NCBI GenBank assembly: GCA_963805855.1
Contig: CAWDVW010000002.1
Coordinates: 608,001 to 672,000, forward strand
DNA length: 64,000 nucleotides
Direction: 5' to 3'
Source: Candidatus Dadabacteria bacterium
GTDB taxonomy: Bacteria > Desulfobacterota_D > UBA1144 > Nemesobacterales > CSP1-2
Shown here: positions 18,836 through 27,303 of the stretch, one piece after another
Numbering within the stretch: position 1 is the stretch's first letter
Layout of the letters: the number at the start of each line of letters is the position of its first letter
The notes under the pieces: generated by a model
The model's database searches: none
Seen by the model: only the letters and a program-made list of their open reading frames with translations
Told to the model about the DNA's origin: nothing
Position numbers and translations under genes: made by a program

Positions 18836-20161
18836 ATGGAAGAAGAGACTGCAACATTTCGGGCGTTTGATGAAATAGACAGACCCAGTCCTGACCTGGT
18901 TAAGGACTGCGTTCACTGTGGATTTTGCCTGTCGGCGTGTCCTACCTATCTGGAAACCGGAAATGAACTGGATTCGCCACGAGGGAGAATCTACCTTATG
19001 AAATCGGCTTTAGAGGGCAAAATACCTATGGGTGGCTCTCTTGTAAAACACCTGGATATGTGTCTCGGATGCATAGCCTGTGAACCGGCCTGTCCTTCGG
19101 GTGTGCAATATTCAAGGCTTATAGAATCAGCTAGGTCTCAGATAGAAAGACGCTATGAAAGACCATTTTCAGACAAGCTTCACCGATCGCTAATCTTTTC
19201 TATTTTCCCCTACTCCAGAAGACTACGACTACTTCTTCCATTACTTTACTTTTATCAGGCGAGCGGACTTAAACATTTGATTCGTAAATCGGGAATAGTC
19301 CGGAGGCTTTCGAAAACGCTTTCAAAAATGGATGACATGCTGCCAACTATCAAATCTAGAGCGCTATTCCCTTCTATGCCAAATGTTGTACATGCAAAGG
19401 GGAAGAAGCGTCATAGAGTCGCACTCCTCACCGGCTGCGTCCAGAGTGTATTATTCCCCGAGACGAATGATGCAACGGTCAGGGTCTTATCTGAAAACGG
19501 TTGCGAGGTCATAGTATCCCGAAATCAGGGATGTTGCGGGGCACTCTCTCTTCATTCAGGAAGATTGTCAGAGGCAAGAGATTTTGCGCGAGCAAACATA
19601 AATATCTTTGAAAGATCAGATTGCGATGCGATTATAGTAAACTCCGCGGGCTGTGGTTCTGCTATGAAAGAATATCGACAGCTTCTCATAGAAGACGAAT
19701 CATACGCAGAACGCGCCGAAAGGATAAGCAACAAAACAAAAGACATAATGGAGTTTTTGGACGAAATAGGGCTGCGTGGTGAACTAAGAGAAGTAAAATG
19801 CCGGGTTACTTACCAGGATGCTTGTCATATCGCCCAGGCTCAGAGGATAAAATCACAGCCGAGAAACATCATCAAGAAGATACCCGGAGTTGAATTCGTC
19901 GAACTTCCGGAATCGGAGCTCTGCTGTGGAAGCGCAGGCATATATAACATGGTAGAGCCTGAGATGTCGGGAAGGTTACTCGATAGAAAGATCCGCAATT
20001 TAAGGGAAACCGAAGCGGACCTACTAGTTGCGGGAAACCCCGGTTGTTTACTCCAGATTCAAATGGGAATAAAACAAAACGGACTGAAGATTAAGACCGC
20101 CCACCCGATTGAGCTCTTGGATTGGGCGTATAGCGGTATTCCACCTGGCTCAGATAGTTAA
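18836..20161 (+). CDS. glcF: Glycolate oxidase iron-sulfur subunit GlcF
   Basis: CVHCGFCLSACPTY, SPRGRI, CLGCIACEPACPSGV, two CCG domains, CCGSAGIYN; start ATG 18836 or GTG 18821. Confidence 0.92.
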   Translation: MEEETATFRAFDEIDRPSPDLVKDCVHCGFCLSACPTYLETGNELDSPRGRIYLMKSALEGKIPMGGSLVKHLDMCLGCIACEPACPSGVQYSRLIESARSQIERRYERPFSDKLHRSLIFSIFPYSRRLRLLLPLLYFYQASGLKHLIRKSGIVRRLSKTLSKMDDMLPTIKSRALFPSMPNVVHAKGKKRHRVALLTGCVQSVLFPETNDATVRVLSENGCEVIVSRNQGCCGALSLHSGRLSEARDFARANINIFERSDCDAIIVNSAGCGSAMKEYRQLLIEDESYAERAERISNKTKDIMEFLDEIGLRGELREVKCRVTYQDACHIAQAQRIKSQPRNIIKKIPGVEFVELPESELCCGSAGIYNMVEPEMSGRLLDRKIRNLRETEADLLVAGNPGCLLQIQMGIKQNGLKIKTAHPIELLDWAYSGIPPGSDS

Positions 20162-20390
20162 AAAACTATCCGAATTTAACACACTTAAACAAACTCCATT
20201 TAGTAGGTCACTATAGATATCCCAAGATATCCCAATTTAGAAGAAGAGCACTCAGTCGTTGCCGAAAAGTCCTTCAACTTCGCCCTGAATTAGATCAAGG
20301 AAAAAGCTGTTTCTTCGCACCAACGGCTATGACAAAACCAATCGTCATTTCGACTGTAAGGAGAAATCTTTGTGTAAAATGGAGTGAAAA

Positions 20391-20501
20391 ATGGTTAGGA
20401 ATACTCAAACTACATTCGTTATATCCAGTGATGAGGCGGAGGACATGCTTAAGAATGGAAAGAAATTCATGGAGAAAATGGTTCATTACTTAAAGAATTA
20501 A
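20391..20501 (+). pseudogene. Possible C-terminal remnant of a HEPN-domain protein
   Basis: 36-codon ORF ...TTFVISSDEAEDMLKNGKKFMEKMVHYLKN resembles the terminal helix of small HEPN proteins; recognition by eye only. Confidence 0.3.
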
Positions 20502-20621
20502 AGACAATTATGCATAATCAGAGCTTGGTGAAGATCGTTCCGTGATTTCCACAAGTATCTAGGGTGGACAAATTATGTCCGAAATTAAAAGTAATCTTAG
20601 TTTAAAAAGAGGTTAAATACC

Positions 20622-20801
20622 ATGAAATCAAAAAACAGAATAGTTTATTCCATTGATGTCGAAGACTTGCAAAGCGTCGCTGATCAGGAATTGGACAGAG
20701 AGCTTACAGACAAAGAAACAGAATTTATTGAAAATCGACTGGGAGATTATGTCGATTGGTATGGAGCGATTGCTTCGGCAATAGGTGATCTGAAGACGTA
20801 A
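20622..20801 (+). CDS. Small acidic hypothetical protein (59 aa)
   Basis: Below the ORF-track cutoff; AGAGGT RBS; MKSKNRIVYSIDVEDLQSVADQELDRELTDKETEFIENRLGDYVDWYGAIASAIGDLKT. Confidence 0.7.
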   Translation: MKSKNRIVYSIDVEDLQSVADQELDRELTDKETEFIENRLGDYVDWYGAIASAIGDLKT

Positions 20802-20860
20802 AAATCGAGCATATAATCTTCCCTTACTCTGATCACTTGTATAAGGTCAGCAGAACTCTC

Positions 20861-21268
20861 CTACCCTTTCAAATTTTTCTGTATTTTTGATAAGATAAAT
20901 CTGGAAAGTTCTTCGTCCCCGAAAGTGCCGACTCTGATCGTAATTTCCGTAATATTGTCGCCTACCCTTTTAAGGCTTATTCGCACCTTCTTGTTATCGG
21001 CCGTCATCGCTTCGAGTTTTCCAGCGGTTACGTCGCTATATTTGTCGGTTACCACCAGTTGCATCTGATCGACTGCTTTTTCCGTAGCCTTCCATACTTT
21101 AGGCACATTATAAGCCTCGGTAGCCTTCAATTCCCCCTTGATGTACGCTATCGTTCCGGCACCTGCTGCCGCACCTGCTGCTCCTCCAACAGCAGCAGCA
21201 ACACAACCGTTATTAATAAGTGGAATAATTCCAAGCAATGCTATTAGTAGCCATTTCTTCGACTTCAT
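20861..21268 (-). CDS. DUF3568 family lipoprotein
   Basis: MKSKK + hydrophobic stretch + NGC lipobox, Ala/Gly-rich segment, IRVGTFGDEELSR; ATG 21268 preceded by AGGAGG. Confidence 0.82.
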   Translation of the reverse strand: MKSKKWLLIALLGIIPLINNGCVAAAVGGAAGAAAGAGTIAYIKGELKATEAYNVPKVWKATEKAVDQMQLVVTDKYSDVTAGKLEAMTADNKKVRISLKRVGDNITEITIRVGTFGDEELSRFILSKIQKNLKG

Positions 21269-21455
21269 TAATTCCCTCCTTTCGGTAGAAATGATATACA
21301 TTCACTGTGTACAATTGAACAAGAGACGTGACGTGAAATTCTGGATAATGATAATCTCTTTACTCCCTCGATGTCAAATCTGGTATGTGTATATTTGAAA
21401 TCAATAAAAAACCCTCCAACAATGAGTATCAGCGCATGAACACATGGTCTCTCGA

Positions 21456-21899
21456 GTCATTGCGAGCAGCCCAAGGGGACGAGGAATCTAAAAAGGGAAG
21501 CGATCGCTTCAATTTGTTTCGCAAATTTCGCAATGGCGCGACTGATGTTCATTCTTTCACCGGCATTCCAAAAATTGTGTTAAGAAAATCGCAATTGCTA
21601 TTGTCATCTCGAAGGAATACTTCGAAGTAGCTCGGTACAGGCTCCGTGAGAAATCCATTTTCCGACCGCCTTTTGTCATTTCGAATGAATATGAGAAATC
21701 TTTCCTTTGTTTTTTGCATTTACCAACTCAACTACTAGATCTCTCACATCCGTTCGAGATGACATGTTGCGTAGGTTCGATATGACAGGGTTTGGACAGC
21801 CTAGTCCTGAGCGCCGTCGAAGGATTGCTTCTTTGTACCTGTGCTGAACCATGTCGTGACGTTAGGTCAGCATCTATTCAGTACCAAGACAAAGAAGAT
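21456..21899 (+). repeat. Long composite intergenic repeat, copy B, with several nested palindromes
   Basis: ~21500-21590 matches ~25333-25421; 21791-21899 matches 25504-25550 with insertions; nested TGTCATTTCGAA..GAGAAATCT / AGATCTCTC..TTCGAGATGACA elements. Confidence 0.8.
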
Positions 21900-22073
21900 A
21901 AAACGCTAAGCGACTGATTTCGCTAGTACAAGTCAGATTCTCTTACCAGTATTCTAAGTAACAAAATCCGATCCCGACGCAAGCCCTTAATTACATCAAA
22001 CTTAACTCAAGGTAACATAATCGATGCAGCTCTATTTAAATAAGGTCGACAACTACGATATATACATCAAATA

Positions 22074-22952
22074 TTGGAACGAAGAGAAATGAATACGATT
22101 ACACTCCTTTCACCAGCCAAAGTCAATCTAACCCTCGAAGTTCTGGGCAAAAGGCCCGATGGTTATCATGAAATCAGGTCGATAATGCAGCCAGTCGATT
22201 TATTTGACGAGGTTAAAATCGATGTGCTAGATGGTAAAGGAATAGCTATTGAAACAAAGGGACCTAAGATCCCAGCCGGAAACCGCAACCTGGCCTGGAA
22301 AGCGGCAGACATCTTTATTAAACAATCTGGCCTAAGAGCAAAGGTTAAAATTTTTATCAAAAAGTTAATTCCAGCGGGAGCGGGGCTCGGCGGTGGAAGC
22401 TCTAACGCAGCCAGTGTCCTGGTGGGCTTAAACAAAATAACAGAAAAACTGAGCCAAAATGATTTAATGGATATTTCGCCAAAAATCGGAGCCGACGTTG
22501 CCTTTTTTATAGGTTGCAGGAGTGCAGTTGCCGAGGGAATCGGAGAAAAAATCACCACGATAAGAGATTTACCCCTCTTTAATTATATTCTCGTCAATCC
22601 CGGATTCGAAGTCTCGACCCGGGATATCTACAAACACTGGGATAGGTTTCAAACAGGGGCAAAAAAACTAGAAAGCTTAGGAGAAACTATAATCATTTTC
22701 AGAAAGGGAGAATTTCCCTTGCGAAATGATTTGGAGCAAGCCGCTATCGATCTTTACCCTGAGATAAAAGCCCTAAAGGAGTTATTGTTCAGCCTGGGGA
22801 TTGAAGACGTGTCAATGACCGGAAGCGGACCAACCGTATTCGCAGTTTTCAAAGGGGAGAAGGAGGGATTAGACATCTATAATTACCTGAAAACTAGCAC
22901 GAAATATAAGGTTTTTTACGTGAAGGGAATCTCAGGATGGCACAGGTTGTAA
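22074..22952 (+). CDS. ispE: 4-diphosphocytidyl-2-C-methyl-D-erythritol kinase
   Basis: PAKVNL.L.V.GKRPDGYHE, IP.GAGLGGGSSNAA, GADV.FF, MTGSGPTVF; start may be ATG 22089. Confidence 0.96.
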   Translation: MERREMNTITLLSPAKVNLTLEVLGKRPDGYHEIRSIMQPVDLFDEVKIDVLDGKGIAIETKGPKIPAGNRNLAWKAADIFIKQSGLRAKVKIFIKKLIPAGAGLGGGSSNAASVLVGLNKITEKLSQNDLMDISPKIGADVAFFIGCRSAVAEGIGEKITTIRDLPLFNYILVNPGFEVSTRDIYKHWDRFQTGAKKLESLGETIIIFRKGEFPLRNDLEQAAIDLYPEIKALKELLFSLGIEDVSMTGSGPTVFAVFKGEKEGLDIYNYLKTSTKYKVFYVKGISGWHRL

Positions 22953-23233
22953 TAACCTTAATATCTTAACCTTTCACCCGTTAAGGATTACCCTGCCGTT
23001 TTCGCCACCCAATAGTTGAGGTGACACTCAGCATGATCACCCTTCCACCTTTCGACTAAGCTCAAGCGTCAGTGTGAACGGCTTTACTTTTTCCGAATAT
23101 CCCGAAACATGGTAGAGACGCAAAATCATACGTATATACCTAGAATCTCAAGTTTGCTCGGAAAGTGAAAGCTTGGTAACATAAGAAACGCTTATTTCCC
23201 CAAAATCAATTTACGTTTATAATCAATCACAAA

Positions 23234-23308
23234 TGGGGCGTCGTCTAATTGGCAGGACTCAGGCCTTTGGAGCCTGCTATGGTGGTTCGAGTCCACCCGC
23301 CCCAGCCA
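23234..23308 (+). tRNA. tRNA-Gln(TTG)
   Basis: TGGGGCG/CGCCCCA acceptor stem, CAGGC-CTTTGGA-GCCTG anticodon arm, GGTTCGAGTCC T-arm, encoded CCA. Confidence 0.96.
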
Positions 23309-23427
23309 AATTGCACTCTAGAATTACACACTTATTTTATATAACGACCACAGTCGGTTAACAACTTATTGCAATAAACTAACAGTTTTCTATTTCGCTC
23401 ATTCAACTTTTTGAGTTTCAAAAATCC

Positions 23428-24120
23428 TTACGACTTGTTTTTAAATAACCTCTCAAACTCTTCTAACAGCTTAAGATGAGTATCAGAATCCGTGGGAGAC
23501 ATGGTATAAAATCTTTTTTCTTCGAGAGGTGTATCAACCCTGGGTTGGATTGAAAAGTAAGTTGGATATAAGGTTATATTATGAGAAATTAAACTAGGAT
23601 CTTTAATTTGATAAGATATATCCGTATAAAATATCATTCCTTTAATATGAGCCGTAGTTAATTTTGATGATAATCCTTCCATCACAGTTTTATTCAAATA
23701 ATTATTAAATTTATCCGCAAATATATTTCTAAAATCCACATCTAAATTCACTGAACATACCGTTTGTTCTATTTTAGTTAATGGCTTAGAACTCCGAAAC
23801 ACTTGATTTTGATCAAACTGAACCACAATTCCTTTAAGAGATTCATAAAAAAGATTCGCTTCTTTAGAGGTTCCGACAAAGGTGAACCATATTCTCTTTG
23901 GTTCGATGCTAAGTGAATCGATTACCTTTATGCTTTTACCTATCTTTGTTTCTCCCCTTAAAAAATTAACCTTGTCCGCTTGTGACGAGTCAACTTCTTT
24001 GATATTAAACGCCTGCCTAATCTTGTTTATTGCAGACTCGGCATTAATGGATCTGAACGGAATAAGGTCGATCGGGAATATCCTATCTTGCGAGACCGTT
24101 AAATCAGTGATATTTTTCAT
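23428..24120 (-). CDS. Hypothetical protein (230 aa), third gene of the TA operon
   Basis: Intact AT-rich ORF 21 bp downstream of the antitoxin; no family recognised. Confidence 0.8.
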   Translation of the reverse strand: MKNITDLTVSQDRIFPIDLIPFRSINAESAINKIRQAFNIKEVDSSQADKVNFLRGETKIGKSIKVIDSLSIEPKRIWFTFVGTSKEANLFYESLKGIVVQFDQNQVFRSSKPLTKIEQTVCSVNLDVDFRNIFADKFNNYLNKTVMEGLSSKLTTAHIKGMIFYTDISYQIKDPSLISHNITLYPTYFSIQPRVDTPLEEKRFYTMSPTDSDTHLKLLEEFERLFKNKS

Positions 24121-24141
24121 AATTTATTTTCAAAGCTTGAA

Positions 24142-24744
24142 TTAATGAAGATCTTGCTGCATGACTCGTCCTCTCAATACTCCTAGGGGATTTTCAAATG
24201 GAAGATTAGAAAAAGTCGCAGATTTTCCACGAATAACGGACACATCCCTATTTGAAAAATCGATAATTCTAGCAAATGACGGATCTTGTGGTAAATGACG
24301 CACTCGCAAGGATAAGAGTTGCGATTTATTTTCCAGCTCTTTTAATAAGTCTTCTATTTTTTTTACTTGTTCGATAAGAGGTTTAATTGATGATTCTATC
24401 CTATTTCGATTATCTAATTCTCTTTCTATACCCTCCTGAATCCAATTCCTCATAAGAGTTAAATATCCGATACCTTTTTTAATAGCAATTTCCTTTGCTT
24501 TCTGTACCTGCCTTGGATTTAAACGTAAACTTATTAGCTGCTTTTTCTTATGCTCCTCCACTTTCTTTCGTAAATCCCCCGTAATTTCTACTTTAACATC
24601 TTCTAACAAGCCCTTAACTATCAGTTCAGCTGCACTGTGACTATCCCAAAATTCGGCCTCCTCGTCTTCTGTTTTAAACTTGGGTATCTGGTCAAGGGAT
24701 TTTAAATTTTTTATCTTTTTCTTTTTACTTGACTTTCGTTTCAT
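24142..24744 (-). CDS. CopG-type (BrnA-like) antitoxin with a long C-terminal extension
   Basis: IPKFKTEDEEAEFWDSHS and RHH-like ISLRL....K.IA.KKGIGY.TLMR.WI.E; ~90 extra C-terminal residues; ATGA overlap with the toxin. Confidence 0.85.
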   Translation of the reverse strand: MKRKSSKKKKIKNLKSLDQIPKFKTEDEEAEFWDSHSAAELIVKGLLEDVKVEITGDLRKKVEEHKKKQLISLRLNPRQVQKAKEIAIKKGIGYLTLMRNWIQEGIERELDNRNRIESSIKPLIEQVKKIEDLLKELENKSQLLSLRVRHLPQDPSFARIIDFSNRDVSVIRGKSATFSNLPFENPLGVLRGRVMQQDLH

Positions 24745-25019
24745 TTCTTTAACCCCCTCTTTTTTCTAAAAAGCCTTTTTTCTGATGTATTCATTTCCCT
24801 TGCCGTAATGATTCGTGCCGTTCCGTTTTTAAAAGCAAAAAAAACAGCAAGGTACTTCCCCGAATAACTACTCCCTAAAGCAAGGTATCTATCTTTCTTA
24901 ACTTTGCGATCAAAGTGGTAGTTTTCAAAGACAGATTGAACCTCTTCTCTGTCGACATTATGTTTCCTTATAATTTTTGCGTTAACTTCGCGAGTACAAA
25001 CAATGTCTTTTATCTTCAA
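24741..25019 (-). CDS. BrnT-family (RelE-fold) toxin
   Basis: KHNV..EEV..VF, RYLALG....G.YL.V.F, ARIITAREMN.SEKR motifs. Confidence 0.88.
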   Translation of the reverse strand: MKIKDIVCTREVNAKIIRKHNVDREEVQSVFENYHFDRKVKKDRYLALGSSYSGKYLAVFFAFKNGTARIITAREMNTSEKRLFRKKRGLKK

Positions 25020-25095
25020 TGAGAGATTTTACCCCACGACTCACCCACTACCTACATGATAAAAGAGTTCACTAATTCTGAATGTAATACATCGT

Positions 25096-25140
25096 ATATA
25101 CATTTTGTGTATATTATAAGTGTAAATCTGAGTTTATCAA
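25096..25140 (-). promoter_or_regulatory. Putative TA operon promoter with an overlapping palindromic operator
   Basis: Minus strand TTGATA (25140-25135)-N16-TATAAT (25118-25113); inverted repeat ATATACA-N5-TGTATAT at 25096-25114 over the predicted start site. Confidence 0.65.
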
Positions 25141-25230
25141 GTAGATAAGATATTTCGATAGCTAGCAACTAACAAATTGGCCAACAGTTTACTTACGCTT
25201 GATGGCAACCATAAACAAACAGTGATTTCA

Positions 25231-25555
25231 GTCATGCTACGAGCCCCGAGTACTTTGACCATTCGATACTACTCAGAACTCAGGATAAACTCCGTCGAAG
25301 GGGACAAAGCGCTTTAAAACGGGAAAAGAAGGAGATCGCTTCAATTTGTTCCACATATTTCGCAATGACTTGAATGAATCTCATTATTTCATTGGCATTC
25401 CAAAAATTGCGTTAAGAAAATCAGGAGCGGAGGCGTAAAGAAAAATTTGTGGGTTGCGGTCGGATTAAATTTTTCAGTCGAAGAGAGTGATTTTTAGCAA
25501 ATTTTTGGACAGCCTTGATTTTTGCTTCTTTGTATCAAGACAAAGAAGTTAAAAA
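25231..25555 (+). repeat. Long composite intergenic repeat, copy C
   Basis: Shares blocks with 14667-14889 (reverse) and 21456-21899; carries the empty form of the CTTCTTTGT..ACAAAGAAG palindrome. Confidence 0.8.
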
Positions 25556-25710
25556 AAGTCATACATATGAAGAAAATACGTTTGAAGAGGATCACCATGA
25601 AATACTTCGCTATTACAACCAATGACCGCTAGAGTACAAGACTGGCTGGTACCGGCAATGACAATCCAAGACCTGTGGCGAGCCACGGGGAATTCCCTGA
25701 AAGCGGCATT

Positions 25711-25745
25711 AAAAAACTCCCGCCGGCCGGAAGCAGGCGGGGTTC
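25711..25745 (-). terminator. Rho-independent terminator after the dsbA-like gene
   Basis: GC-rich stem CCCGCC/GGCGGG followed by a T6 run on the minus strand. Confidence 0.6.
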
Positions 25746-25773
25746 TTAATTTCGCAAAATTATCAAAGGCTAA

Positions 25774-26838
25774 CTACTTATTTTCAGAAAGGGCTACATC
25801 TATTGCCGATTTCAACCCCTGCGGGTTAGCGCCAGGAACGATCATTCCATTAACCACGAAGGTCGGAGTTGAACTTACACCTATAGAGCGCGCTTCTTCT
25901 GTTTCATTCTGAACTCTTTGGGCAGCCTCTGGGGAACCTATACATTTATCAAACTCATCGGTATTCAATCCTATTTGTTTCGCAAAACCATTAATCTCTT
26001 CTTTTGCATTCTCTGCAGTCAAATTTGCCTGATTTTGAAACAATAAGTCATGAAGCTCCCAAAACTTATCATTTCCCTGTTCGCTAGCGCACACCGATGC
26101 TATGGCCGCGTCCCTCGCCCAATTATGGATGGGAAGAGGCAACTGTTTATAAGCGATTTTAACTTTGCCATCATATTCTTTTAAAATCTGGGGAATAATA
26201 TCCGCTCCTCTCTTACAGAAGGGGCATTGAAAATCAGAATACTCAACAACTGTTACTTTTGCATCTTCTGCACCTTTTACAGGGACATCTTCAAGTGAAA
26301 TTTTACTCATCGTCTCTTTAAGCGGATCAACAGTTGTGTCAATGAATTCCGCCAAGATGATATATTGGCCATCTGTGCTTATGGTTACTGGGATTGGTTG
26401 ATTTCCAAGTGGTACACTTCCGGTCTTGATACCTTCAATCGGCGTATCTTCAAAAGTTTCAAGTGACGCAACATCTCCCATAATCAAATATCTTCCGTCA
26501 CTGCTAATAAGAAATGTTACTTCTCCAGATCCCCTTGCTGACTCGATAACGAATTGACCCTTTCGCAAACCCTCAACTGGGCTCTGCTCGAATCCTTTAA
26601 CCTGTATATTTGCGTCCGCTGGCATACGAGCACCCAACCTCTTTTTTATAAATGACTGCAATCTCTTCTGTTCTTCGGGAGTTACGTTGCCCGCAGGCTC
26701 TTTCTTGGCCTCTGAAGTCGTTTCCTTTGTTTGGGGCTGTTCTTCCTTTTTTTCACCTTGATTTGTACAGGCTGTAAATGTTAAAAGGACTACTACAAAG
26801 AAATACAAAAATAGACCTTTTAATATGATCTTACTCAT
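25774..26838 (-). CDS. DsbA-family lipoprotein with DsbC-like N-terminal domains
   Basis: Lipobox FTAC; EYSDFQCPFC; GVSSTPTF.VNG; ATG 26838 preceded by GAGGAG. Confidence 0.88.
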   Translation of the reverse strand: MSKIILKGLFLYFFVVVLLTFTACTNQGEKKEEQPQTKETTSEAKKEPAGNVTPEEQKRLQSFIKKRLGARMPADANIQVKGFEQSPVEGLRKGQFVIESARGSGEVTFLISSDGRYLIMGDVASLETFEDTPIEGIKTGSVPLGNQPIPVTISTDGQYIILAEFIDTTVDPLKETMSKISLEDVPVKGAEDAKVTVVEYSDFQCPFCKRGADIIPQILKEYDGKVKIAYKQLPLPIHNWARDAAIASVCASEQGNDKFWELHDLLFQNQANLTAENAKEEINGFAKQIGLNTDEFDKCIGSPEAAQRVQNETEEARSIGVSSTPTFVVNGMIVPGANPQGLKSAIDVALSENK

Positions 26839-27092
26839 TTGCTTTCTCCTCACGGCAATTGATTTGGTCATTCGACCCATATACGCGATAAACCTATATT
26901 ATAAACTAATATTTGCCTATGTCACAAAATATAGAACGCAGCATCGGAAAATAGACTTATAATCGGATACTTCTACCAGATTACATTCGGCATAGCAAGT
27001 TGGTCAAAATCACCGAAGAACCAAATAGAAATAGGTCGGGAATGCTTTAAAAAGTTTTATACCTTAATTCAAGACCTATCCAGATCTGGTTC

Positions 27093-27120
27093 TTGACATG
27101 TCAGGTGTTTAGGCTATATT
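27093..27120 (+). promoter_or_regulatory. Putative sigma70 promoter upstream of pcrA
   Basis: TTGACA-N16-TATATT; the -35 box is embedded in the palindrome TGACATGTCA. Confidence 0.45.
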
Positions 27121-27303
27121 CGATAGTGTACTATCTTTCCCCTAAAAGGTTTTAAACTATTGTTATAAGGTTGGTTGGTTTAGATCTCGTTAGAAAGATC
27201 ATAAATTATGGTAGGAAATTGGGGAATATATTAACTATCTTCCGTCATTGAATACTCCTATTTGACTAGATAGTGATTGTTTCTTAATTAATCGGAGTGG
27301 TTA

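Noticed and set aside
21385-21630. 81-aa ORF (and similar ORFs at 33910-34092, 41390-41584, 25622-25912)
   Set aside because: They run through palindromic repeat DNA or antisense to real genes, with no protein motifs
23309-25620. Prophage or integrative element at tRNA-Gln
   Set aside because: No integrase, no phage genes and no duplicated tRNA 3' end found in the window
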